From Ylistrum balloti (lineage: Eukaryota), in contig NW_026782193.1 in the NCBI RefSeq assembly GCF_031769215.1, positions 1,054,001-1,118,000 of the forward strand: a stretch of 64,000 nt of DNA. Reading direction: 5' to 3'. Below are positions 12,375-25,189 of this stretch, piece by piece (position 1 is the first letter of the stretch; each line of letters starts with the position of its first letter). Position numbers and translations under genes: made by a program. The notes under the pieces were generated by a model. The model saw only the letters and a list, made by a program, of their open reading frames with translations. It was not told the DNA's origin and did not search any database.

Positions 12375-14180
12375 AATTACGTGTATGATAATGTCTGTAA
12401 CCAATTGTACACGTGTATGATATTGACTGTAACAAATTGTACACGTGTATGTTATTCTCTGTAACCAATTGTACACGTGCATGATATTGACTGTAACAAA
12501 TTGTACACGTGTATGTTATTCTCTGTAACCAATTGTACACGTGTATGATATTGACTGTAACCAATTGTACACGTGTATGATGATGTCTGTAACCAATTGT
12601 ACACGTGTATGATGATGTCTGTAACCAATTGTACACGTGTATGATGATGTCTGTAACCAATTGTACACGTGTATGATGATGTCTGTAACCAATTGTACAC
12701 GTGTATGATATTCTCTGTAACCAATTGCACACGTGTATATTGTCTGTAACCAATTGTACACGTGTATATTGTCTGTAACCAATTGTACACGTGTATGATA
12801 TTGTCTGTAACCAATTGTACACGTGTATGATATTGTCTGTAACCAATTGTACACGTGTATGATATTGTCTGTAACCAATTGTACACGTGTATGTTATTCT
12901 CTGTAACCAATTGTACACGTGTATGATATTGACTGTAACCAATTGTACACGTGTATGATATTGTCTGTAACCAATTGTACACGTGTATGATATTGTCTGT
13001 AACCAATTGTACACGTGTATGATGATGTCTGTAACCAGCAATAGCGTGGATGATGTATGTAACCAGTTGTACATGAGTACTTGATGTCTGTCAGCAACTG
13101 AACACGTGTATGATGATGTCTGTAACCAATTGTACACGTGTATGATGATTGTACACGTGTATGTTGATGACCAATTGTACACGTGTATGTGATGACTGCC
13201 ACGAATTGTACACGTGTATGTTGATGACTGCCACGAATTGTACACTGATGACCAATTGTACACGTGTATGTTGTGTTTGTACACGTGTATGATGATGTCT
13301 GTAACCAATTGAACACGTGTATGATGATGTCTGTAACCAATTGTACACGTGTATGATGATGTCTGTAACCAATTGACCACGTGTATGATATTGACTAACC
13401 AATTGTTCACGGGTATGATATTCTCTGTAACCAATTGTACACGTGTATGATATTCTCTGTAACCAATTGTACACGTGTATGATATTGTCTGTAACCAATT
13501 GTACACGTGTATGATATTCTCTGTAACCAATTGTACACGTGTATGATATTGACTGTAACCAATTGTACACGTGTATGATGATGTCTGTAACCAATTGTAC
13601 ACGTGTATAATGATGTCTGTAACCAATTGTACACGTGTATGATATTGACTAACCAATTGTACACGTGTATATTGTCTGTAACCAATTGTACACGTGTATG
13701 ATATTCTCTGTAACCAATTGTACACGTGCATGATATTGACTGTAACCAATTGTACACGTGTATGATATTCTCTGTAACCAATTGTACACGTGTATGATAT
13801 AGTCTGTAACCAATTGTACAAGTGTACGGTGTTGTCTGTAGCCAATTATGTATATCTATGTATCTCTAACCAGCAATAGCGTGGATGATGTATGTAACCA
13901 GTTGTACATGAGTACTTGATGTCTGTCAGCAACTGAACATGGGTATAGTTATGTCTGTAATCAGTTATGTAAAGTGATGACTGCCACGAATTGTACACGT
14001 GTATGTTGATGACTGCCACGAATTGTACACGTGTATGTTGATGACTGCCACGAATTGTACACGTGTATGTTGATGACTGCCACGAATTGTACACGTGTAT
14101 GTTGATGACTGCCACGAATTGTACACGTGTATGTTGATGACTGCCACGAATTGTACACGTGTATGTTGATGCCTGTAACT
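12375..14180. repeat. ~1.8-kb minisatellite of ~32-bp units (TGTAACCAATTGTACACGTGTATGATATTCTC and variant TGTTGATGACTGCCACGAATTGTACACGTGTA)
   Basis: Directly visible; it generates the periodic ORFs between 12331 and 14236. An interrupting ~75-bp block (CAGCAATAGCGTGGATGATG...) occurs twice, at ~13035 and ~13870. Confidence 0.95.
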
Positions 14181-14350
14181 AATATTGTCCAAGTGCCCGG
14201 TTCTAAAATTTCAATAACAATACAAACATTCAACACTGTTTTATTCGTCTTTACGACATCAAAGTATACACAATGCTCAGGATTTGTCTAAAATCGCACC
14301 ACCTTAAACTACTGGAAACAAGCAAGGCGTTCCCCTCGTCACCTCTTCTT

Positions 14351-14932
14351 CTACAGTCGAATCCAAACTCTTACTGTGTATAGCTGCATTCTGTAAATAA
14401 AACAGATATTAAAGAAATGTAACTTACTGGTATAGTCAGTGTTAAATGCAAGTACAAGACATGGTTGTATAAAGCCATAGCAGTTACTAACCTCATTAGT
14501 CACCGATGTTAAGGTCAAAAGTTCTAATTTTGGTTCCGTCTTTTCGCCATAAACCTCTCCGTCATCAGAAGAGGTACTGTAGGTCTTATGGAGACAACGG
14601 CCGAAGTTAGACAGCGAAAGTTTCGCTCGACGTCCAAAAGCAAGAACTCTTTCCAAGCTTGGTTTGCCTGTCACAGTTTTCCCGGACTTAATATTTCGCT
14701 CCAGTGTGCTTATTGGACTTGAATTTTCATTCAAAATGGCGCGTTGATGAGAACTTGGACTTTTTCTTCCCATGAATGGTATATTCGGCCAATAGTCTCG
14801 ATTAAAATCCAGACGTGGGAGTCGATGCCGTCTCCTTACTTTTTGCGTTGGTAAATGACTTTCTGTGAATTCTTCGTTTGACTCCGATGTTCGTAAATTG
14901 ATATCTTCATTACATGATTTTGAAACATTCAT
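14351..14932 (-). CDS. Candidate uncharacterised protein (Ser/Arg/Lys-rich, disordered); 193-aa ORF or first coding exon ending at donor 14428
   Basis: Non-repetitive open frame of about 200 codons with higher GC than its flanks, a strong internal donor ACCA|GTAAGT at 14428/14427, and CpG-rich promoter-like sequence at 15020-15110. No recognisable domain. Confidence 0.45.
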   Translation of the reverse strand: MNVSKSCNEDINLRTSESNEEFTESHLPTQKVRRRHRLPRLDFNRDYWPNIPFMGRKSPSSHQRAILNENSSPISTLERNIKSGKTVTGKPSLERVLAFGRRAKLSLSNFGRCLHKTYSTSSDDGEVYGEKTEPKLELLTLTSVTNEVSNCYGFIQPCLVLAFNTDYTSKLHFFNICFIYRMQLYTVRVWIRL

Positions 14933-15944
14933 ATCGAATAATCTGTCATTCTCCAATCCGCAAAACAATTGAACATGGTACTTCCTATTTGAATTTATTT
15001 ACTGGCCACGTGTTGTTCTGATGAGCGTACGCCATTTTGAAAATTACGTCACAATCTACCGTAAATCGTCACGTTCTTTTACCCGCTCCCATCAAATCTC
15101 ATGTGAATTAAACCGCTTAATGTTATTTCAGGGTTTGCTGGAACGTGAGATCAAACGTGTTGTGAAAACACAATTATACATTAAAACCTAAATTGCAAAG
15201 GATGTCAACAGGGCTCTCTACTATAGTTCCAAAAATTGGGAAACTCGAAATCCTATAAAAAGATCAATATGGAATTGATCAGTTTCAAGTAATGGTACCA
15301 TAAATTATATGTTATCGGGGAAAACAACCAAAAATCAAGAGCTCAATACAATGCAGACGTGCGTAAGTTTCGTCGGTGTCTGTGAAGAATACTTTCCGGT
15401 ATACGAAAGAAAGGCCTTTTAGTTTCTGAAACTAGTGACGTTGACCTAAATTTACAGTGAACAAGTAACATGTACTTCGCACAGGTACTCCAATTGCAAC
15501 CATTTTTTACAATGATTCAGACAAAGAAATCTACTCTTTTCTGTGGTCATCGTTATATCTAGCCAACCTTTATGGTTATGAGACAATTTGTGGCCACCAG
15601 CTTACACTCACACTTGTCCATCTTGTATGAGAAACGGATACAGATATGCTTTCTTCCGAAATTGCGCATAGTTACCTCACTTGTACGATCAGAGATAAAC
15701 ACGGTTTTGTTTTCTGGTCTCGGCACACACTAGAATGATCGCAGGTAATTGGAGATCAGAATATATGATCGCAGGTAATTCCACTTGGGGCTTTGCCAGG
15801 TATATATTATCATCCCCACTTGTCTGGGATAATTTCTACCATATCCTTAATTTATTTACTGGTATGTGTAAGGATTCGGTCAAAAATACCTTATAAAAAC
15901 CCCAGATAAATGAATTGAAGTCCACTACACAGCGGTAGTTTACA

Positions 15945-17017
15945 AGTAGCCATCTTGAAGATATGTCCCCCACTAAACCACGTACGAGTGAAATTGCTCT
16001 TCCTGAATGGTAAGTTGGATGCTTGACCGGTTTTCAGTCTCCATGACCTCGTGTACAAGTAGGATTAGGGACCTAAATAGATTTGGTTTAGGTAGGGGTA
16101 ATTTTAAAGTTCGTATAGTGCATTAAAAAAATGGTCAAAATCAGAGTTGGCCACCTGTCAGCCATGTCGTTTATTTTATCGGTCCCAAAATCAAACGGGC
16201 ACAACTAGGGACTAGGAATATAGGACACTATATATGAAATTTGAGAAAATCTATCCAGTATTTTCCCCCAAGAACTACCGATAACAAACTTTATTTTGAC
16301 AAAATCAAAGATGACCACCAGGCTGCCATTTTATTTTTCTTATCAGTCCAAAAATCAATGGGCACATCCAATCTCTTCCAGAGTGCATTGTGGTATCCCA
16401 GTAACACCTCTGTACACGTTTCATGCCATTTCAAGATTCTTGATTAATAGATAGTAAACATTCACCAAGTGCTGTTTACATTTTGTACTTTCGCTTTTCA
16501 ACCACCGACTGTTCTCTTGATACATGTCAATATACATGTGACTAAGTAATGACGGTAATTCGGCTACAATATTGGCACATTTCCGTCACACAAGCATCAA
16601 TGTCATTGTTTATGTTGATCGAAGGCATTTTTGCCAGATTTCAAACGTTAACACTGACTACGAGGACAAATACTGGTAGTCTGTGAGCCGTTTACAGAGG
16701 TGTATTGTGACCGTTAAGGAACGTCAACTCTTGTAGAGATTGGGGAAGAACTAAGGGCCAAGGAGAACCCACATATGAAATTTGAGAAAGATCCATAAGC
16801 ACTTCTCAAGAAATAGCGATAACAAAGTTCTTTGTAAAATTTCAAGATGACCATCTGTCAGCTGTATTGTTTTTTTTTCTGATCAGGCCAAAAATCAAAC
16901 CTACATGTAAACTTTGAGAAAGGTCGATCAAATACTTCAAAAATTGTTTACAGACAGACGGACAGCAGACAATGGATGAAGGGTGATTTGAATAGCCTTA
17001 CATCTGGCAAGCTAAAA
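15945..17017 (-). mobile_element. Degraded Helentron/HINE-like non-autonomous element, same family as 28257-29346, interrupted by ~300 bp of unrelated sequence
   Basis: Shares unit motifs GCACAACTAGGGAC, CATATGAAATTTGAGAAAGATCC, AGAAATAGCGATAACAAA and a terminal GACAGACGGACAG microsatellite with the better-preserved copy. Confidence 0.6.
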
Positions 17018-17657
17018 ATGTCTATGAAGAAAACAAAATATCACAGAAGCTGAAATAGAATGTGCGACCCAATGAAAATTTAACAAATGTAAGAAGTAAC
17101 GTTTTACTCTCTGTGCTGTAGATACCGATGTGGAATTTATTGACGTTTCTAAATGTAAAATCAGCATTGATGAGAGCATAAGCACTTGATCATTTTTTTT
17201 TCAATATTTCAGTATCAGCACTTGTACCAACTTTCGAGGAGAGAATTTAAGTTACATCTGATCACACTGGTTTAGATTCAGGTGTCTAGAAGTTGGTTCA
17301 TGGGTGCACTGCATATCAAACATGCACTTGAATCCATCCATGATTTACATTCTCGGCCCCCATCGGCTGTCAAGCTTTTGTTATTCCATACCGTCGGAGT
17401 AAAACTAAGGGCAGAAACTCCAGAAGATTAGAGTGTTTTTTAATGCATATTGCTTCAGGTAACAACTTCTTCGATCTGTAGAGAACAACACAACAGAGAT
17501 AAAAGATATTTTTTTCTGGTGATTATTATTTGATATAACTCATTGTAATTGCATTTCATTTCGTTGTTGGTTATGTTTAGGTTGAATCAGGTGGTTATAG
17601 GCCATACCTTTTTAATATCATGTGCAGAAACGAAAAGTGACAAAAATAGAGAATTTT

Positions 17658-18434
17658 CATATTGTGAGATAAGAATTGGAATATTACTGATGTTTATACC
17701 CTTAATGTTTTTGTTATGTTTTAGTTTAATGGCCAAAATTTCAACACAGAGAATAAAGATATATGGCGCGATTGGATCACCTTGTCGACAGCCCCTTCTT
17801 ATATTGATGGATGAAGATACATTACCACCTTGATTAACAAAAGCACTGACATTAGTATGAAAAACTTTTATCCATTTACGAATATCTGGACCAAAATTAA
17901 AGAATTTGAAAACCTTGTCAATAAATTTCCATGAAACGGAATCAAATGCTTTCTCAAAATCTATCATTAACAGCATTCCGGGAATATTTTTATCCTCTAC
18001 ATGTTGCATAATGTCATATATTAATCTTGTGTCCTCCCCAATATAACGACCTGAGATAAAACCTGACTGATCCTCACTAATTAATGAGTCTAAAACTTTC
18101 TTAATTCTTCTAGCTATGGTTCCTGATGCAATTTTATATACTATATTCAACAATGTAATTGGTCGCCAATTCTTAAGAAATTGTCTAGACTTATCTCCCT
18201 TTGGAATACATACTATAACCCCCTGCCTTTGTGTTACCGATAACCTCCCTTTTTCATAACCCAAATTAATAGACCTTAAAATGAACCCCCCCCCCCCCCC
18301 CCCCAAGATATTTCCAAAAACATTTAAAAAACTCGACAGTAAAACCATCCGTACCTGGGCTTTTATTATTTTTCATACACTTCAAAGTAATTGTTGCTTC
18401 CTCCAAAGTAATTTGCCCTTCTAAACTTTCTGAA
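17658..18434 (-). pseudogene. Inverted segment of LINE ORF2: RT subdomains from SESLEGQITLEE...KSPGTDG through NWRPITLLN, IDFEKAFD, RGCRQGDP to ISQY
   Basis: ORF 17587..18348 plus manual extension. A 19-nt C run (18286-18304) frameshifts the segment. The ORF tail after ISQY is read-through into flanking DNA. Confidence 0.9.
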
Positions 18435-20139
18435 ACACCTCTCTTATATTAGATGGCTCTGAAATATCATTAAAAGAATCTATTTTAGAATTGAATGCTT
18501 TCGCAAAATTCTCTGGTTTGAATCTAAATATTGACAAAACACAAGTGATCTGGATAGGAAGCAAAAAATATAGTGAAGATACTTTGTTACCTGACTTGAA
18601 ATTACAGTGGGGAAAGGTCAAATTCACGCCTCTTGGAATTTAATTCAGTGTCAATCTTCATGAAATTCCAAAATTAAACTATGATAAAAAATTAATTAAA
18701 TTGAAATCTATCATTAAGATGTGGAATAGGAGATCACTGACTCCAATTGGGAAAATTCATCTTATTAAATCTTTAATGATATCACAGTTTAACCATTTAT
18801 TTATGTCTTTGCCAAACCCAGACAACCAGTTCTTGAATAAGCTCAATTCCATCCTTTTTAGCTTTTTATGGAACAGTAAAACTGACAAGGTAAAGAGAGA
18901 TATTGTTACCCAGAATTTTGATAACGGTGGACTTAAAATGGTAGATATAAAGTTGTTTATAGATAGTCTGAAATTAGGCTGGATTAGAAGATTACACCAG
19001 AAATCTGCTAAATGGCAAGCAATTCTTCAAACATATATTGACCTACATATGCTATCTTCCTGTGGAAGTGATTACATTCAGAAATGTTGTAATATCTGTA
19101 GAAATAATTTCTGGAGTGATGTTTTCAAAGCCCTGTTGAGGTTCAGTGAAAGGGTGGGGGTAGAATATGTTAAGAAAAATATTTGGAAAACTCCTTTATG
19201 GTATAATAAAGATTTGTTGATAGGGAAGACAAGTATATTCTACAAGACATGGTATGATAAGGGAGTGATGATAGTTAATGATTTATTCAAAGATTTTTCT
19301 ACTGGCACTTTCTACACTTTTCAAGATTTTAAGCAAATTTATAATGTAAATTCAAATTTCCTTGAATACCATGGTGTAGTCTCTGTGGTTAAGTCATATT
19401 TAGCTAGATCTGACTTTGTAAGAACATGTACCTCTCAAGTTTTTCCAACCATTCCAAGTAGTATTGAGTGTTTTGTAAAAAAAGGAAATGGGTCAAAAGA
19501 TATATATATAATCTTTTAGTAAAAAACGATATAATTTCTACTGGGAGGAAAAGATGGGAAGAAATATTAGAATTTGATGTTCTAAATTGGAGGGATATTT
19601 ATAAAAATTGTTTTCGTGCAACAAAAAATACAAAACTTCAATGGTTTCAGTACAGAGTGGTTCAACACATCTTAACAACAAATTTATACATGTTTAAAAT
19701 TCAACTACTGAATAACCCACACTGTACATTCTGTAACTTAGAAAAGGAGACAATTATTCATATTATGTGGGAATGTCCAGAAGTTCGAAAATTTTTAGAA
19801 AGTGTAGAAATTTTGCTGGAGGCTCTTTTTATTCCATTTTCCTTCAATAAAATAAGTTTTCTGTTTGGTTTCATTGCTAATAAAAATCAGTTAATCAGTA
19901 GCAAACTTGACAATGAAATCTTAATTATCATTAAATATTACATATATAAGGCAAGATGTCAACACAAAGCCTTAAGTGTATATAGTCTTATTTATTCAGT
20001 CAGGGAATTTTATACCTTTCAGAAATATATTGCCAATAGTAAAGGTGAACAGGCACAGTTAAGTTTTAATGAGGAAGGAATGGAGAAAATTATTGGACTT
20101 GGCCAATTCTTAACTTTAAATACATTTACTGTCATGTAG
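18435..20139 (+). pseudogene. Forward segment of LINE ORF2: post-YADD RT, thumb and C-terminal CCHC zinc knuckle (CTFCNLEKETIIHIMWEC)
   Basis: Manual translation from 18437 gives TSLILDGSE...FSGLNLNIDKT...LGI*FS..., continuing into ORFs 18701..19519 and 19468..20139. One in-frame stop and a frameshift at an (AT)n run near 19500. Confidence 0.9.
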
Positions 20140-20303
20140 TATGTTTTACCGTATTTTAGTATTCTCTGCCTTTACAGTATAGCAGGCCCCTTGCTTACCC
20201 TTATAGTATTTATTTATTTATTTATTTATTTACCAGGTATTTTTCTTTATACTCGAGTCCCTATTGTTTCGCTGATTATTGCAATTTTTACTAACCCAGA
20301 TCA

Positions 20304-20312
20304 CCTCTCTCT

Positions 20313-20364
<52 letters not shown>

Positions 20365-20365
20365 C
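20304..20365. repeat. (CT)n microsatellite with a C run inside the LINE 3' UTR
   Basis: Directly visible. Confidence 0.9.
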
Positions 20366-20730
20366 TCTTTATCTTTATGTGTAGTATTGATGTATGTGTA
20401 GGAGTGGGTGTGTAAGGGTAGTGTTGTGATGTTAGTAAGGGTGTTGATGAAAATGCCAGGCGATGATGTATGGATGGATTTCAAGTTATAATGACAAATT
20501 GTGTTGATAGTTAGGTTGATGATGAGGTGCATATGTGATAATGAATGCTGAGGATGAATCTATTGACATGAAGGTGGTGACAAAGGCATATTGAATATGA
20601 CAATGATGAAGAATGTATTGACATGATTACTTGATTGAGATCATGATGACTGATGATTATGATGAGGAGGTAATGTTTATAATGAGGAGGATAATGATGA
20701 TGAGGTAATGTTTATAATGAAGAAGATAAT

Positions 20731-20903
20731 NNNNNNNNNNNNNNNNNNNNNNNNNNNNNNNNNNNNNNNNNNNNNNNNNNNNNNNNNNNNNNNNNNNNNN
20801 NNNNNNNNNNNNNNNNNNNNNNNNNNNNNNNNNNNNNNNNNNNNNNNNNNNNNNNNNNNNNNNNNNNNNNNNNNNNNNNNNNNNNNNNNNNNNNNNNNNN
20901 NNN
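20731..20903. other. Assembly gap (173 N) in a (GAT)-rich low-complexity tract of the LINE 3' UTR
   Basis: Run of N. Confidence 0.99.
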
Positions 20904-21531
20904 ATGGTGATGTGTGAGTGAGCATATTGTATGTTGTATGTTTGATGATGTTTTGTTGATGTAATTGTTATGTACATTAAAAACTCTTGAAAAATAAAAA
21001 AAAAAAAAAAAAATAGAGAATTTTGATTGACAAAATTACCTGGACATTTCAGCAAATGCAACTAAACGTTTTGTTCCCCGTTATATGTTTATAATTTCCT
21101 AAAAGATTCATTTCTGCTTTTCCTATTGGGCCTCTGCAGGACAAGATTCTCCATTTAAACCTAAGAGTTCCCTTCACCCAAGGATATTACTCTTAGACAA
21201 AATTTGGTAAAAATCCCTTCATGGTGCCAAAAGACAACAAATTTTCACAGATTTCCATCTATTCCCCCTATTAAGACCAACCTTCTCCATCCAGGGGTCA
21301 GATTCATGTTGATACAAATTTCAATTCCCCTTCAACGTTCAAATCTAGACCTATAGTAGAGAAAAGCATTTTAACGAATTTGTAAAATTTTTCCTTCTTC
21401 CTTGTTTGTGACTGCATTAAGACTAAGTGACCAGATAAACCGTGAGGCTTTGTAGTGAATCTAATACACTTTGATAATAAACTATTACTACCAGTAATCT
21501 ACTGAGGTATGCCAGGGAGGGTATCATGAAG

Positions 21532-21910
21532 AACAAGAGTACCGCAAAGCGGAACAAATACGCCCGTGAATATCCAAAACAGCAAAGGGGCATAACTCTT
21601 ATACAAATCGTCTAATCAAAACCCCGATCAGGAACACATAATTTCATATCATGGTGATTAAGCCTACCAGGTTTCATAAAGATCGGCTGAAAAATGTTGG
21701 AGATCTCCAGGCAAGATTTCTATAGTGAAATAAACAAAGGGCCATAACTCTTGTTCAAATCACCAAATCAAAACCCTGTTCAAGAAAACACAACTTCATA
21801 TCATGGTGATTAAGCCTACCAAGTTTCATAAAGATCGGCTGAAAAATGTAAGAGATCTCCGGACAAATAAAAGTTTAAGACGGACGCCGGCCGGACGGAT
21901 GGACAGCACC
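21532..21910 (-). mobile_element. Second HINE/Helentron-like non-autonomous element with two ~150-bp internal repeats
   Basis: One end is AACAAGAG plus a short hairpin (CCGC-AAA-GCGG); the unit AAAGGG(C)CATAACTCTT...GCCTACCAAGTTTCATAAAGATCGGCTGAAAAATG is duplicated; the other end has a GACGGAC-type microsatellite. Confidence 0.6.
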
Positions 21911-24418
21911 AGTAAGATCTCTATCATGATGGAATTATGATTCGGTAAAATTTGTAAGCCTTTATTTTAAAGGTTTGCCCGAGTATTGTGCTTTACCTTA
22001 TAGATTCTCTTTGCCTTCTAATTGATTTTAATAACCAAATTTGCCTTTATACATTTTACCTCGCTCACTAATAACTAGTGAGATAACCCAGTCTGGTAAA
22101 ACTAAAAACCAGAACAGAAAGTGACCGGTGTATCGGACTGATTTATAGATGTTGTTTACTGATTATCCAATTAGATGTCAACTGTAAAGAATGAGAGGAG
22201 AAATACTGTTTGTTCAGGCATTTAATGTGTACAAATCTGGAGGAGCATCATCACATCGCTTGTCATACATACTGATTATGTCATAACATCCATGTCCCTT
22301 GCATAATATTTAAATGTACCCTACATACAAGTAAAATTAGTGCATTCAGTAGCCATGACAATACAAAATACAGACACGCTTAATGAAACATATTTTAAAA
22401 AGCCTTTCTCTTTCAACTTTCATCATAATTATGATGTCAGAAGGCTCCCTCTTGTAAAGCCTTTCATCAGCACTTAAATATGTACAGTACTGCTCTGCAA
22501 TTTGCCTTTATCAGATGTGATCTACATTTGTACCTCAAAATTTTAATAGGAATATTTTGGGAACCAGAATTTGAATAGTTTTATAACTTACACAACTAAA
22601 CAAGGGGGATTTCTATATACTACACACTTACATGATTTTGTGTTAAACAAATGTTATAAGTGCAGTCACATTTTAGCACAATCTTTCAGTGCTAAACTAA
22701 GACTAGCACTAAATTGTGCAACTTAACTGTGCTTTTTATATTACCCAACCAGTTGTGAAGAGTTTAGTCTCTTTAGTCATATCCATACTGTGTATTCTTA
22801 TGACTTCTATCTAATACCAAATGTTCAACACTATCTCTCTCAATGCCAAATTCTAATATACACAATTCTGATTTCATTTCAATAACTCACATTTTGTATC
22901 CATAACTGGCATTTCATACCCACAATTAATAGACCAACCACTCAAATTTCACGTCCAACATCTACTTTTCAAATGCAGAAGCACCACATAAAGTTTCACA
23001 ACAATTACTCAAAGCTCCTCCACCTCTTTCACATGCATACAATTATAAAAATATGTATCTATATATAGCATTTCTTTTGAGAGACAATTACATATAGGGA
23101 ATATAACGACAAAGTGATTAGATTTCATCAAGTATCTTAAATAAAAAACGCAACAGGTAACTGAGTCAAGTATACAAACAAACTCACATTAGCACTTTCA
23201 TAATTCTGCATAATAGACCACATTTTTCAAATTACATGCAACATATGTATGACTATATGTAAGATAACACTTATCACCAGGAAATTTAGATAAGGTTATT
23301 GTGTTATCACTGACAATCAAGCAATTCAAATACAACTTCATCAAATTTTTGCACAATATGACTTTTTAACAAATAGGCTCAATTTGTGTATCCACAATAA
23401 CTGATATTTAAAACTATTTATTGGCACGATCCTATTTCAGTATAATTTTCCACTTTAGAAAGTGCTAATGTAAGATAAGTGCTAAAATATGCACTGTATG
23501 CTTACAGTATGCCTACACCAGAAGTATATCACTCTTTCTCACAAATAAAAATGAAATTAACCCTGTCTCAATTAAGGTACAACATTATCATGAAAGTAAC
23601 AAATCACATGATCTGACAAGTACTGCACAAATAAACACTTCCAAGTTCTGATTATAAAGAAATTTAGCCCCAACAAAATAAAATATCTATAAAAAAAACA
23701 TTAATTTTCAATAACATATTCTACTTAATAGATTGTCAACAATATTAGGTAAGAAAAATAGAGCAGTTTAATGCTTTTAAATACTACACTGTAGGTGTTG
23801 TTAGTGAACAGAATCTGTCTGCTACTATATAACCAAAATCACTGGTACATTTTTCATAAAAAAAAAAAAAAAAAAGGAGATAAAATTCACAATTTCTAAA
23901 TTGATGTAAAACAAACTTCCATATCAAGTATGATAAAAATAACCTTCAGTTAAAGCAAAATAAGAAATTCAAATTTAAAACTGGAAAGTAATACTGTGAC
24001 CAATAATTTTAATCATTTTTTATCATAATTCAAATGCAGAGCTTATGTCAAACTATAAAATCTTAAATGTACGTAGAAAACATACCAATTCCTATTAAGG
24101 CAGTCCCAGTTTTATGATGAGATTTTAATATTGTAGTGTCAGTGTCAAAGTTTGGCTGCGTTAATTATATGAAGTCCTCTATCTAGAGGAGAGATTAAGC
24201 AGATTTGAGAAAATCAATCATTCTTCTTGTTTAATGTTTTCAAGATGACACCCAAAATTCACTAGAATATCTCACATTTTGAAGTTAATATCCAAAATCC
24301 ATATTTCTCATGCTTTTAAGTTAATATCTGAAATTCACTGGAATATCTATCATGGGGACTTTGTTAATAATCCTGGGATGAACAAAGAAATTTTTTAACA
24401 TATAAACTTCTTAAACTA

Positions 24419-25189
24419 CTGTGGATTCATTTATTTTCGTTGGGTTCAATTTTCGTTGTTTCTACAAATTAGACAGTTTCGTGGACTCATAACTTCGTGG
24501 ATTTTTGATTCTGTGGGAAAAAAATAAAAACGTTAGAATTTTCTCTTTTTGCTTCCAGTCGAATTTTTTTCTGTTTGTATTAAGGCTATGTTCACAGGAA
24601 TTAACACTGATGACAAGAATAAAAGAACGTTTTTTTCCAAGATGGCGTCCTGTGTCTCGCATTAATATCAAACCACAAATCAGTATATATCCAGGCGTGT
24701 AATCAATTGGTAATTACCAGAAACAATTGTTTTCAGTGGATAAACATTGTGTGCTGATCAGTCGGTGTACCGCAGTCATATGAAAACACCACGCGTATCG
24801 ATTGGACCATGTGTGTAAACAGGTGTGTAAACAAGATCTGCAGAAACAATTATGAAGTAAAAACACAACTCACTGACGATAGTATAAAGAAATCACAGTG
24901 ATGAACATATCATTATGTATCTTATCCATCATGTCGTTAACACAGTGGTTAAAATCCGGGAAATTGAATCTGCGAAAGCCTGACGTTCCTGGGCTACCCG
25001 ACTCCCGACTAATTACGGGGCTTCTGTCATTACCGGTGGACGTTTCCGGTGTCGGCAAAGATTACTTGGTCAAATTCCAAAATTACTTTAGTAAGTAGTT
25101 CATATTTCGTTGTGTTTTTAAATTCGTGGATTTGCTCATCCACGAAAACAACGAAAATTGGACCCCCACGAAAGAAAATGAATCCACAG
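24419..25189. mobile_element. 771-bp MITE / non-autonomous DNA transposon with ~45-bp imperfect TIRs and a TA target duplication (Tc1/mariner-type signature)
   Basis: Left end TA|CTGTGGATTCATTTATTTTCGTTGGGTTCAATTTTCGTTGTTT; right end ...AAACAACGAAAATTGGACCCCCACGAAAGAAAATGAATCCACAG|TA. No transposase ORF inside. Confidence 0.85.

Larger units (their letters stand above)
17658..21008 (+). mobile_element. 5'-truncated, 5'-inverted L1/Tx1-clade non-LTR retrotransposon with AATAAA plus poly(A) and a 16-bp TSD
   Basis: TSD AAAAATAGAGAATTTT at 17642-17657 and 21009-21024. AATAAA merges into the A tail at ~20993-21008. The RT N-terminal half is on the minus strand (17658-~18434); the remainder of ORF2 is on the plus strand (~18435-20139). 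Confidence 0.92.

Noticed and set aside
12331-14236. 504-aa and other long ORFs in the track
   Set aside because: They are translations of a stop-poor 32-bp satellite, open in several frames with periodic peptides.
20657-21061. ORFs spanning X residues
   Set aside because: Artefacts of the N gap and low-complexity LINE 3' UTR.
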